Assembly (NCBI GenBank): GCA_024275995.1
Contig: JAJRYB010000037.1
Location: 4,987 to 68,986 of the forward strand
Length of the DNA: 64,000 bases
Source of the DNA: Planctomycetota bacterium
GTDB taxonomy: Bacteria; Planctomycetota; Phycisphaerae; SM23-33
Direction of reading: 5' to 3'
Shown here: one piece after another, positions 49,809 through 59,085 of the stretch
How the letters are laid out: the number at the start of each line of letters is the position of its first letter
How positions within the stretch are numbered: position 1 is the stretch's first letter
Notes under the pieces: generated by a model
What the model saw: only the letters and a program-made list of their open reading frames with translations
Told to the model about the DNA's origin: nothing
Databases searched by the model: none
Position numbers and translations under genes: made by a program

Positions 49809-50943
49809 TCAATCCCCGTCGAGGAAGGCCCGCACCGCCTCGGCGGCGCGTCGTTTGAGCAGGCGTGCCGGTTCGCTGATCGCATCGGAAACCGTCACGG
49901 CGCCCGCAACGAGCGGGCGGACGGCTGCAAACGCATCCAGCGGGGCGTCGTCGGAGGCCTGTCCGGGGATACACAGCACGGAGACGCCCCTGGCGTCGGC
50001 GAGTTTCGCCACTCCGACGGCTGTCTTTCCGAACCGGCTGGACGCATCCAGTTTCCCCTCGCCGGTGATACACAGGTCCGCGCCTTCCAGCCGGGCATCC
50101 AGTCCTACCGCAGCGGCGACCAATTCGACGCCGCCTGCAAGCTCCGCCTCCGCGAAGGCGACAAGCCCGGCGCCGAGTCCACCGGCGGCGCCCGCGCCGT
50201 TCAGATGCTCCACATCCCTGCCGAGTTCGGCGCGGATTATTTCAGCCAGGTGGGCAAGGGACGCTTCCAGTTCGACGACCATCTCCTCGGTCGCCCCCTT
50301 CTGCGGGCCGTACACAGCCGCCGCGCCCTGCGGACCGGTCAGCGGATTGGTAACGTCGCACGCGACGCGAATGGACGCCCCTGCGACGCGCGGGTCGCGA
50401 TCCGACATGTCGATGGCGGCGATATCCTTAAGCCCCCCCCCGCCGAGTCCGCACGCGCAGGGACGCCCCTGCCCGTCCAGAAACGTAACGCCCATCGCCT
50501 GTGCGCATCCGCACCCGCCGTCCACCGTCGCCGATCCGCCGATCCCCATGACTATTCTTTTTGCGCCTGCATCCAGCGCCGCGAGGATCAACTGCCCCGT
50601 GCCGAAGGTCGTCGTCTCTCGCGGATCGCGCCGCTCCGGTGGCACAAGAGCCAGTCCGGAAGCAGCCGCCATCTCGATGACTGCCGTCGCGCCTGGTCCG
50701 CCCAGCATTCCGAACCTCGCGCGAACGGGTTGTCCCAATGGGCCGAACACGTCGGCCGTCAATATCCGCCCACCGGTCGCGGCAACCATCGCGTCGACAG
50801 TGCCTTCACCGCCGTCGGCCATCGGACACAGGTCGATCCGCGCGTCGGGTCGCACCAGAAACACGCCTTCGGCGATTGCGCGTGCAACGCCGGCTGCGGC
50901 GAGAGACTCCTTGAACGAGTCGGGCGCTATTACGATTTTCATT
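49809..50943 (-). CDS. Glycerate kinase (GlxK/GarK family)
   Basis: Start MKIVIAPDSFKESL.. is the canonical glycerate kinase N-terminus. Gly-rich C-terminal half. ATG at 50941-50943 overlaps the upstream HtrA stop by 4 nt. Confidence 0.85.
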
Positions 50944-52318
50944 TCGACGTGCTCCCGGAAGCGCCGGACCGCTTGCCCTTTCTGGTGTGGATCGTCGCCC
51001 ACGCACGGACGTTACCTCGAACCACGCCGATCGTAACGGGCTTACCCGGCCCGATTTCCTCGAGGATGATCCCAAGGGTCTCCATGTCCGCCACGTAAAA
51101 CCGTCCCACCTGGAACAGCACGTCGCGTAACTTCACGCCCAGGCGATCCGCCGGTCCGCCCTCCTCGACACCGACTACCAGCAGCCCGCGCGCAACCCGC
51201 AGGCGCAGGTCGCGGGCAAGGGCGGGGGTTACCTGGCGCAGGGTAACGCCGAACAACTTCCGCGCGAGGGCGTTTCCGTCCGGGCGTGGTTTGGCGCGAA
51301 CAACGATAGAGACCTCGATTTCTTTACCGGCGCGCAGGCATAGGAACCTGACTTTCGATCCGCTCTTGACGGCCAGCATCCCGCACACGTAGTCCGGGAT
51401 CTGTCGAATTTTCGTTCCGTTCAACGCCACGATCCTGTCACCCTTCTTCAACTTCCCATATGCGGGCGTACCGGGGCGGACGGATTCGACCAGGACCACC
51501 GGACCTTTCTCGTCTCTCTTCTGCGCGACGGTGGCGCCCAGGACGACCCGGTTGATCCTCTCGAAATCCAGCAGCGAGACGAGCTGCGTCGAAAGCGTGC
51601 TTACCGGTATCGCGAAACCGATATTCTGGGCGTCGGCGCGAATGGCGGTATTGATTCCGATCAGCTCGCCCTTGACGTTGAGCAGCGGTCCGCCGCTGTT
51701 GCCCGGATTGATCGGCGCGTCGGTCTGGATAAGCCCTCCGATGGTAATGCCGCCGGAAAACTTCAGCGTGCGATCGGTCGCGCTGATAACGCCGGTCGTC
51801 AGCGAATTCGTATACCCCATGGCGTTTCCAATGGCGATTACTGTTTCGCCTACCATCAGGTCGTCGCTCCTTCCGAGCGGCAGATACGGCAGCGGCTTAC
51901 CCTTGGGCGGTTCGATCTTCAGGACGGCAAGGTCGCTGTTGCGGTCCGCACTGATCACCCTTGCGGGGTATTCCTTCCTGTCGGGCAGCGTCACCTTGAT
52001 GATCTCAGCCCGTCGGACCACGTGGGCGTTGGTGACGATATACCCGGATGGATGCAGCACGAAGCCGCTTCCGAGGCTCTTGACGGGAAGGCGCCGGCCG
52101 AACACGTCGGAGAAGATGTCCTCGAATGGATCGCGTCCGAACGCTCCCATGCGGGAGCTTACGACCCGCTCGGTTGAGACATTAACGACGGCCGGTCGAA
52201 CCTTGCGGTAGGCGCGCACGATCGGCGTAACGCGGGGGTCGTCGCCCGGAGGCGCAGCGGCGACGGCCTGGCAGGCAAACATAATTCCGACGATCACATG
52301 TAACACATTCCGATTCAT
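50939..52318 (-). CDS. HtrA/DegP-family periplasmic serine protease with PDZ domains
   Basis: Signal peptide. Trypsin-like catalytic triad context (H in TNAHVV, D in DLAVLKI, S in GNSGGPL). Two PDZ-like segments. Confidence 0.85.
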   Translation of the reverse strand: MNRNVLHVIVGIMFACQAVAAAPPGDDPRVTPIVRAYRKVRPAVVNVSTERVVSSRMGAFGRDPFEDIFSDVFGRRLPVKSLGSGFVLHPSGYIVTNAHVVRRAEIIKVTLPDRKEYPARVISADRNSDLAVLKIEPPKGKPLPYLPLGRSDDLMVGETVIAIGNAMGYTNSLTTGVISATDRTLKFSGGITIGGLIQTDAPINPGNSGGPLLNVKGELIGINTAIRADAQNIGFAIPVSTLSTQLVSLLDFERINRVVLGATVAQKRDEKGPVVLVESVRPGTPAYGKLKKGDRIVALNGTKIRQIPDYVCGMLAVKSGSKVRFLCLRAGKEIEVSIVVRAKPRPDGNALARKLFGVTLRQVTPALARDLRLRVARGLLVVGVEEGGPADRLGVKLRDVLFQVGRFYVADMETLGIILEEIGPGKPVTIGVVRGNVRAWATIHTRKGKRSGASGSTSK

Positions 52319-52566
52319 GGTTATACCTTCTGAATAAGCGGTCAGCGATCAGCGTTCGGATGCAACGACAACCGCCCGCTTCGCGGGATATTCTACAATG
52401 TAGGACCCGATCAATTGAACATCCGATTTCACGCTTTCGTCAAAGGCGCCGAGACGAATATCGTATCCCGTGCTATAATGTTTCCCAGTACAGGTTTGAC
52501 AAACCCGGATCGGACAATAAGATGCTGTTTCCCACTAATCAGGCCCTCCCGTAAAAGCAGCCCGTC

Positions 52567-53604
52567 ATGAGCGATGATCGCGAAAGATTCGGCACCGAAG
52601 AACTGGCGATTTGCCTCAGCCACTACGACGTCGGCGTGATTGAGAAGATCAAGGAATTCCCCCGCGGTTCGCGCCGGGCGCCGAAGGTGGTTCTCGCCAC
52701 GGACAAGGGCAAATTCCTGTTCAAACGCCGCGCCAAGGGCAAGGACGACCTGGCGAAGGTAGCCTTCACCCACCAGATACAGCTGTCGCTCGCCTCTCAG
52801 AGTTTTCCTCTGCCACACCTTATTGGAACGCGCCGGGACAACAACTCGATGCTCGTCCGCAAAGGGCGAATCTACGAGATGTTCGAATACATCGCCGGCG
52901 GCGGATACGACGGCTCGCTGGACTCCACGTACCATGCCGGACAATCCCTGGGTCTGTATCACAAACTGCTCCAGGATTTCCACAGCGATTACAAGCCCCC
53001 CACCGGAAGCTATCACGGCGCCAGCGCCATCCGGCAGGCGATACGGAACACCGTAGGCTCGCTTCCGATGGAGACGAGGCCCACCAAGGATGTCCTCACA
53101 TCCATCGTCGATGCGCTCAAGGAAGCCTACGTGACGTGCACGAAGAAGTCCGATGAGATCGGATTGAACGAATGGGGCGAGCAGATCGTCCACGGCGACT
53201 GGCATCCGGGAAACATGCTCTTCCGCGACCGGCACGTCGTGGCCGTTATCGACTACGACGCCGCACGATTGCAACAGCGAGTGATAGACTTCGCCAACGG
53301 CGCGCTTCAGTTTTCGATCATCGGTGGAAGCGAAGATCTGAACAAGTGGCCGGACTATCTCGACGAGAGCCGCTTCAAGCGTTTCATCCGCGGATACGAT
53401 TCGGTGAACGTGATTTCCAAGGCGGAAATCCAGGTCGCCCCCTACCTGATGTGCGAGGCGATGATCGCCGAGGCGGTCCTGCCTATCGCGGCTACGGGAA
53501 GTTTCGGACGGATGGAGGGCTTTCCGTTCCTCCAGATGGTCGATCGCAAGGTGAAGTGGATTCTCTCCAACCTGGACGAACTCTATGCCGCGATGGGAGG
53601 ATGA
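52567..53604 (+). CDS. Phosphotransferase-family kinase (APH/ChoK/homoserine-kinase-II-like fold)
   Basis: Brenner motif HGDWHPGNMLF and the metal-binding IDYD motif. 345 aa. Confidence 0.7.
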   Translation: MSDDRERFGTEELAICLSHYDVGVIEKIKEFPRGSRRAPKVVLATDKGKFLFKRRAKGKDDLAKVAFTHQIQLSLASQSFPLPHLIGTRRDNNSMLVRKGRIYEMFEYIAGGGYDGSLDSTYHAGQSLGLYHKLLQDFHSDYKPPTGSYHGASAIRQAIRNTVGSLPMETRPTKDVLTSIVDALKEAYVTCTKKSDEIGLNEWGEQIVHGDWHPGNMLFRDRHVVAVIDYDAARLQQRVIDFANGALQFSIIGGSEDLNKWPDYLDESRFKRFIRGYDSVNVISKAEIQVAPYLMCEAMIAEAVLPIAATGSFGRMEGFPFLQMVDRKVKWILSNLDELYAAMGG

Positions 53605-53659
53605 GCCGGAAAAACATTTATGGCAACTTAAGAAAGACCCGGCGTATCCGCGGAGTTGT

Positions 53660-53681
53660 CGGCCCCTGTTGGCAGGGGCCG
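53660..53681. terminator. Perfect hairpin between convergent genes (CGGCCCCTG-ttgg-CAGGGGCCG)
   Basis: 9-bp GC-rich stem with a 4-nt loop, 56 nt after the APH-like stop. No U-tract. Possible bidirectional terminator or REP-like element. Confidence 0.4.
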
Positions 53682-53847
53682 GAGTGTCCCGTTAATCTCT
53701 ATCGTAAAATGCTATAGAGTTTCGGACCTGCCTCCATACCCCCTCGCTATCGCAAAGTGCGTAGACGCAATATCCTCGGCACCGGGGGCTTAACCATTTT
53801 CGCATTTTCGCGCCTGCGTCGGGGTCCTGTTTTTCTCGACGCTTCGG

Positions 53848-55647
53848 TCATGGCGCGGAAACGTCGTGATCGGCCCTTGTTCCGTCCGGGCTTCGCATGG
53901 GCAGCGGACTTACCGGCGCTTCGGTTCTGCGCACGATCCGGCCGAAGACAAGGCGAAGCGCCCATCCGAGTGTCCTGCGAATCGTGTGAACCAGCCCGTA
54001 CATGCCGAAAACCTGTACGGCTGCGTACTGGGCAATCTGCTTGTTCCCGAACTGCATCACGAGCATCTTCAGCATGCGGAAAGGATTGTAGAAGTATATG
54101 TACGCCGCCAGAATATTGAACTGCTTCTTCCAGGGATCCTTGTGCTTCGAGGCGACTACGAGGTTTCCGTCAATCATGTACGTTTCGACCTTCCGACCGC
54201 CGACACTATCGTAGACGAACCCGGAGGTGTAGGTTTCCTCGTGGATTTTCGAACCGGGCGAAGGCGTGATCATGAGTACCTGCATCGAAGCGGCGCCGGC
54301 GTTTTTCAGGATGCGAACCTGATTGAGCAACCCGGCGTTATTCCCCCTGCTCAACAGCGGCTGGGCGTCGTGGTGCATCATCATCGGCATCGGAAGTATG
54401 CCTCGCTCTCGCAGCAGGCGGAACGCCTCTACGGTCTTGTCGGCCGTCTGCCCCTTGCGGACGAGCGCCCCGGACATGTCCTCCACGCCAAGCCAGATCG
54501 TGCGGAAACCCGCCTTGCGCACCAGTTGGAGGTGATCCTTCATCATGATCGTATCGTGGACGGTGACTTCCGTCGCCAGGCGGATTCGCCTGCGAAGCGG
54601 CTCGTTTCCGATCCGGGCTTTCTCCAGCGTTTCCACGATATCCAGCGCGCGTTTCTTGTCGTTGAAGAAATTATCGTCCGCCCCGAAGTAAATCCGTATC
54701 CCGTAAGCGAGGCGGATCCTGCGAATATCATCGGCAATACGCTCACCGCTTTTCGCGCGAAACTGGCGTTGGTTATACGCCGGGATCGGGCAGTACGGAC
54801 ATTTGAACTTGCATCCCAGCGTCAGGAGGAGCGAACTGATCGGCGAATATCTTCTAACACGCTCCGCCGGCAAGGCTCGCGACGAAAGCGTTTCGTCCCG
54901 GCTTGGCGGTTCGAGTATTCCGTATCCGAGCGTAACGTCGGCGTGTTCGTCCAGGTCGCCGACGAGACGTTGCACTCCGGTATCGACGAGTTCTTCGGCC
55001 ACGCCGGGCTTTTCGCCGCGTGCGTACACCAGTCCGGGGACGTTATCCAGCAGACCTTCGTCGCGTGCGCGGTTGAAGGCGGAACGCATCGGTTCGCCTT
55101 CGGCACGGATCGAAAGCAGCACTTCCAGAAGGTTCAGCAGAATATACTGCTCGCCGGTGACGGCGACGTCCGCCGCCCACGGATCGTCCTTATCTGCGCT
55201 GAAGGCGCCCCAGGGTTCGTAAACGAATTTCGAACCCCCGACGATTATCAGCGGACGATGGGACTCATCGATCCGGAACGTGTCGCGGATGAGTTCCTCC
55301 ATCTGGTGCGCGTGGAGCTGCATGCTGGAAAGCAGGAAGATATCCGGAACCCTCCCGTCGAGGCGCATTTTTGACGGGCGAAAATTCCTGTTCCACTGCT
55401 GCTGGACGATGCGGGTCTTGGTGAACCCGGAATCGACCATCTCGCCGCCGATTGATCTAACGCCCGCGGGCGCCATTCGCAGGTCCGCCACGATGAACGG
55501 AAGCATCCGCGTACGGTAATCGAACGCGCACGCGACGACGCTTACCAGATCGTGCTTCGACGCGATCCGGCGAAGGCGGGCGCGAATATCGGTCAATTCG
55601 CCCGGCGGCAGCAGTTCATCGCCAAGCTGGCGACGCGGAAGTTCCAT
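53848..55647 (-). CDS. B12-binding domain-containing radical SAM protein
   Basis: CxxxCxxC cluster CKFKCPYCPIP. N-terminal Rossmann-like B12-binding region. Radical SAM core (YFGADDNFF...). 599 aa. Confidence 0.8.
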   Translation of the reverse strand: MELPRRQLGDELLPPGELTDIRARLRRIASKHDLVSVVACAFDYRTRMLPFIVADLRMAPAGVRSIGGEMVDSGFTKTRIVQQQWNRNFRPSKMRLDGRVPDIFLLSSMQLHAHQMEELIRDTFRIDESHRPLIIVGGSKFVYEPWGAFSADKDDPWAADVAVTGEQYILLNLLEVLLSIRAEGEPMRSAFNRARDEGLLDNVPGLVYARGEKPGVAEELVDTGVQRLVGDLDEHADVTLGYGILEPPSRDETLSSRALPAERVRRYSPISSLLLTLGCKFKCPYCPIPAYNQRQFRAKSGERIADDIRRIRLAYGIRIYFGADDNFFNDKKRALDIVETLEKARIGNEPLRRRIRLATEVTVHDTIMMKDHLQLVRKAGFRTIWLGVEDMSGALVRKGQTADKTVEAFRLLRERGILPMPMMMHHDAQPLLSRGNNAGLLNQVRILKNAGAASMQVLMITPSPGSKIHEETYTSGFVYDSVGGRKVETYMIDGNLVVASKHKDPWKKQFNILAAYIYFYNPFRMLKMLVMQFGNKQIAQYAAVQVFGMYGLVHTIRRTLGWALRLVFGRIVRRTEAPVSPLPMRSPDGTRADHDVSAP

Positions 55648-55739
55648 ATCAAAATCCTTAATCGGCCCGGACGCATGCCATTCGATGCGTCACGGGCCTC
55701 TCGCATAATATAGCACAAATGGGATCGAAAAATCTAAGG

Positions 55740-56612
55740 TTAAAATCGTGTTGCGGCGTCCGTCGTCGGGCGCCACGTGGGATGCGCGTCGGGCTGGCTC
55801 GTCGTGTCGGGCTGGCTCGTCGCATCGGGCAATTCCTCGTTGAGGATATTCGCGATGAGTTTTTCATCCCATTTTTCGTTAAGCACGAACGGCGCCACAT
55901 ACTTGGCCACGAACCCGGCGGCCCCACTGGAAAGGTGCCCACCGGTGTTCCCGTCCCAGCTCATTTTCGATCGCCACGCTATCTGGTGAAGTTTGCTGTA
56001 AACCGGCGGCGTTCCACCCGCTTTGGGAACGCGGAAGCCAACCATTCCCGCCGAGGCGGTGTGATATCCGTCCATCGTTCCGTAGATCGCCGTACCCAGG
56101 CCGAGAAAAACCCAATCGAGCGCGGAGTGGAAATTGACGATCCCCCGCTTTGTCCGCCCGAGCGGAAAATCCAGCATGTAACCCGGCGAGAGCGACGGTG
56201 CGATCATGATAATTCCGTCGACGTCGTGCCCACGCGGCAGCTGTTCGGTCACCCAGACGGCAATGGCGCCGCCCCCGCTCTGACCGACAAGCAGCACGGG
56301 TCGCTCCGGGTAGTCCCAGTGATAGATTGCAATCCGGCGGGCGATTTTTTCGGCGATACGACGGTTCCGTCCCTCGGCGCGGAGGTTCGCCAGCGGGCCC
56401 CATATCGACGTCCAGTCGTATAACTCGATGGCGTAGTCCACCCCTCCGGCGTCCAGGCCATGGCAGATCGCCTGGTTCAGCACACCGCGACCCTCGATGC
56501 CGGGCAGCACGATCACAAGCCCGCGAGCGAGACGCTCGGGCGTGACGTAGGGCTGCGAGGTGCAACCCGCCAGTGCGAACACCGCCGATAATGTCGCTGC
56601 CAGATACCGCAT
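55740..56612 (-). CDS. Alpha/beta-hydrolase fold lipoprotein (GxSxG esterase/lipase-like)
   Basis: Lipobox LAGC after a signal peptide. Nucleophile elbow VGQSGGG. The C-terminal TSQPDTTSQPDA comes from an 18-bp tandem duplication at 55787-55822. Confidence 0.7.
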   Translation of the reverse strand: MRYLAATLSAVFALAGCTSQPYVTPERLARGLVIVLPGIEGRGVLNQAICHGLDAGGVDYAIELYDWTSIWGPLANLRAEGRNRRIAEKIARRIAIYHWDYPERPVLLVGQSGGGAIAVWVTEQLPRGHDVDGIIMIAPSLSPGYMLDFPLGRTKRGIVNFHSALDWVFLGLGTAIYGTMDGYHTASAGMVGFRVPKAGGTPPVYSKLHQIAWRSKMSWDGNTGGHLSSGAAGFVAKYVAPFVLNEKWDEKLIANILNEELPDATSQPDTTSQPDAHPTWRPTTDAATRF

Positions 56613-56681
56613 GACGCGAAAATTATACCGAACACGACAAGTTAATGCGCCCTCGCATCTGTCGCTTAATGACGAGATTAT

Positions 56682-56700
56682 CCCCCGGCGGTGCCGGGGG
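56682..56700 (-). terminator. GC-rich palindrome downstream of dnaK (CCCCCGGC-ggt-GCCGGGGG)
   Basis: Perfect 8-bp stem 70 nt past the dnaK stop. No U-tract. It is followed on the plus strand by a tandem heptamer array (56730-56766). Confidence 0.4.
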
Positions 56701-56769
56701 CTTGAAAATATCTCGCGCCGGGACCGACGGGAAAATTGGAAATTGAAAATCGGAAATTGGAATTCGGCG

Positions 56770-58680
56770 TCATTCCTTCACTTCATACTCGGCGTCGATA
56801 ACGTCCTCGCCGTCGTCCTTACCGGAACTTTCGTCTTGAGGCGACGGTGCCGCGCCGGCCTGCGGTGCCTCGGCTGAAGCCTTGTACATCGCCTCGGCAA
56901 CCTTGTGCGACGCCTGCTCCAGGGACTCGATCCTCCGCTTGATGGCCTCGGTGTCGTCGCCCTTGAGCGCCTCGCGAAGATCGGAAATCGCCGACTCGAT
57001 GTTTCCGCGATCTTCCGCGGAAACCTTCTCGCCCTGGTCCTTGAGCATCTTCTCCACCTGGTACGCCATTGCGTCGCCCTGGTTCTTCAGGTCTACCGCT
57101 TCGCGCCGCTTGCGATCGTCTTCGACGTGGCTTTCCGCATCTTTGCGCATCTTGTCGATCTCGCCCTGGTCCAGGCCGCTGGAACCCTTGATCTCGATCG
57201 ACTGTTCCTTTCCGGTCGCCAGGTCCTTCGCCGAGACGCTCAGGATACCGTTCGCGTCGATCTTGAATGCCACCTCGATCTGCGGAATACCGCGCGGCGC
57301 CGGTGGAATACCCGTCAGGTTGAATCGTCCGAGCGTGCGATTGTCGCTCGCGAACTCGCGCTCTCCCTGGAGAACGTGGATGTTGACTTCGGGCTGATTG
57401 TCAGCCGCGGTCGAGTAAATCTTCTTCTTCTCCGTGGGGATGGTCGTATTCCGCTCGATAACCTTATCCACCACGCCGCCGAGGGTCTCCACGCCGAGCG
57501 ACAGCGGCGTGACGTCCAGCAGAACCATCTGCTCCTCGACCTCGCCGGCAAGGATTGCGCCCTGGATCGCGGCGCCTATGGCGACAACTTCGTCCGGATT
57601 GACGGACTTGTTCGGCTCCTTGGCGAATATCTCCCTTGTGATCTCGCGGACCTTCGGGATTCGCGTCGATCCGCCGACAAGGATCACCTCGTCAACGTCG
57701 CCCGGCTGGAATTTCGCGTCCGCCAACGCCGACTTGCACGGTCCGATCAGACGATTGAAGACCGGCTCGCAGAGTTGCTCGAACTTCGCTCTCGTCATCG
57801 TCATCGTAAGGTGCTTGGGGCCTTCCTGGGTGGCGGTGATGAACGGAAGCGATATGTTCGCCTCCATCGCGGTGGACAGCTCGCACTTGGCTTTCTCGGC
57901 TGCCTCCTTGAGACGCTGAAGCGCCATCGCGTCCTTGCGAAGGTCGATACCGTCGGTCTTCTTGAACTCGTCGGCAAGATAGTTGATGAGGATCTCGTCC
58001 AGGTCGTCGCCGCCAAGGTGAGTGTCGCCGTTGGTGCTCAGCACCTCGAAGACGTTGTCGCCTATATCTAGAATGGATATGTCAAACGTCCCGCCGCCGA
58101 AGTCGAACACTGCCACCTTCTCGTTCTTTTTCTTGTCCAGCCCATACGCCAGCGCCGCGGCGGTCGGCTCGTTGATAATTCGCTCGACCTTCAGGCCGGC
58201 GATCTCGCCGGCTTCCTTGGTGGCGGTCCGCTGGGAATCGTTGAAGTACGCCGGTACGGTAATCACGGCCCGCTCGATCTTTTCACCGAGGTAGTCCTCG
58301 GCTGTCTTCTTGAGGTCCTGGAGAGTCATCGCGCTGATCTCCTGGGGCGTCAGCTCCTTTCCGCCCACACCGACGCGAACCAGCTCTTCCGGCCCTCCGA
58401 CCACCTCGTAGGCGACCTGCTTTTCCTCATCGGCAACCTCGTTATGACGCCTGCCCATGAACCGCTTGATCGAGAAAACCGTGTTCTTCGGGTTGGTCAC
58501 CTGCTGGTGTCGCGCAGGCTGACCCACAAGGCGCTCGCCCTTGTCGGTGAAGGCGACTACCGAAGGAGTCGTCCTGTTACCCTGCTGGTTGATGAGCACC
58601 TTGGGCTCGGAACCTTCCATAACAGCAACGACGCTGTTGGTCGTACCCAGGTCAATACCGATGATCTTGTTCGATGCCAT
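56770..58680 (-). CDS. dnaK: Molecular chaperone DnaK (Hsp70)
   Basis: Start [20 protein letters not shown]. Hsp70 signatures DLGGGTFD and [14 protein letters not shown]-terminal ...EYEVKE. The listed ORF has a 50-aa spurious upstream extension. Confidence 0.95.
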   Translation of the reverse strand: MASNKIIGIDLGTTNSVVAVMEGSEPKVLINQQGNRTTPSVVAFTDKGERLVGQPARHQQVTNPKNTVFSIKRFMGRRHNEVADEEKQVAYEVVGGPEELVRVGVGGKELTPQEISAMTLQDLKKTAEDYLGEKIERAVITVPAYFNDSQRTATKEAGEIAGLKVERIINEPTAAALAYGLDKKKNEKVAVFDFGGGTFDISILDIGDNVFEVLSTNGDTHLGGDDLDEILINYLADEFKKTDGIDLRKDAMALQRLKEAAEKAKCELSTAMEANISLPFITATQEGPKHLTMTMTRAKFEQLCEPVFNRLIGPCKSALADAKFQPGDVDEVILVGGSTRIPKVREITREIFAKEPNKSVNPDEVVAIGAAIQGAILAGEVEEQMVLLDVTPLSLGVETLGGVVDKVIERNTTIPTEKKKIYSTAADNQPEVNIHVLQGEREFASDNRTLGRFNLTGIPPAPRGIPQIEVAFKIDANGILSVSAKDLATGKEQSIEIKGSSGLDQGEIDKMRKDAESHVEDDRKRREAVDLKNQGDAMAYQVEKMLKDQGEKVSAEDRGNIESAISDLREALKGDDTEAIKRRIESLEQASHKVAEAMYKASAEAPQAGAAPSPQDESSGKDDGEDVIDAEYEVKE

Positions 58681-59085
58681 GTTGTTTCGCCTCTTTTCGA
58701 ATTTCATGATACGCCCCTTTCCCCGGATGGAAAAAAGGGACCGCGCCGCCGATCGTAGTGCAGCGCGCGTGCCAAAGTCTAAGTGTCGCAATTCAGGACC
58801 GTTACGCCCCTGGGTAACGGCGCGAATCATGTCATATCGACCGGCGGCGGCGGCGAAATGGCCGATTTGACAGGTTCGCCAACCCCCGCGCGATCATCGG
58901 CGATATCACGATTTCGAAAGTCGTTGCATTACCGCTGCAATTTATGCACAATACGTTTCTCTGTCGCAGAGGGAAGCGGAGCGGTTGCCGCAGGGAAACG
59001 CGCCGTGCCCGGCGCCGGGAGTCGGCGTCACTGCGAATCGGAAAAGTCCCAGCCAATCATCACAGACAGGTAAGGAAAGATCAAA

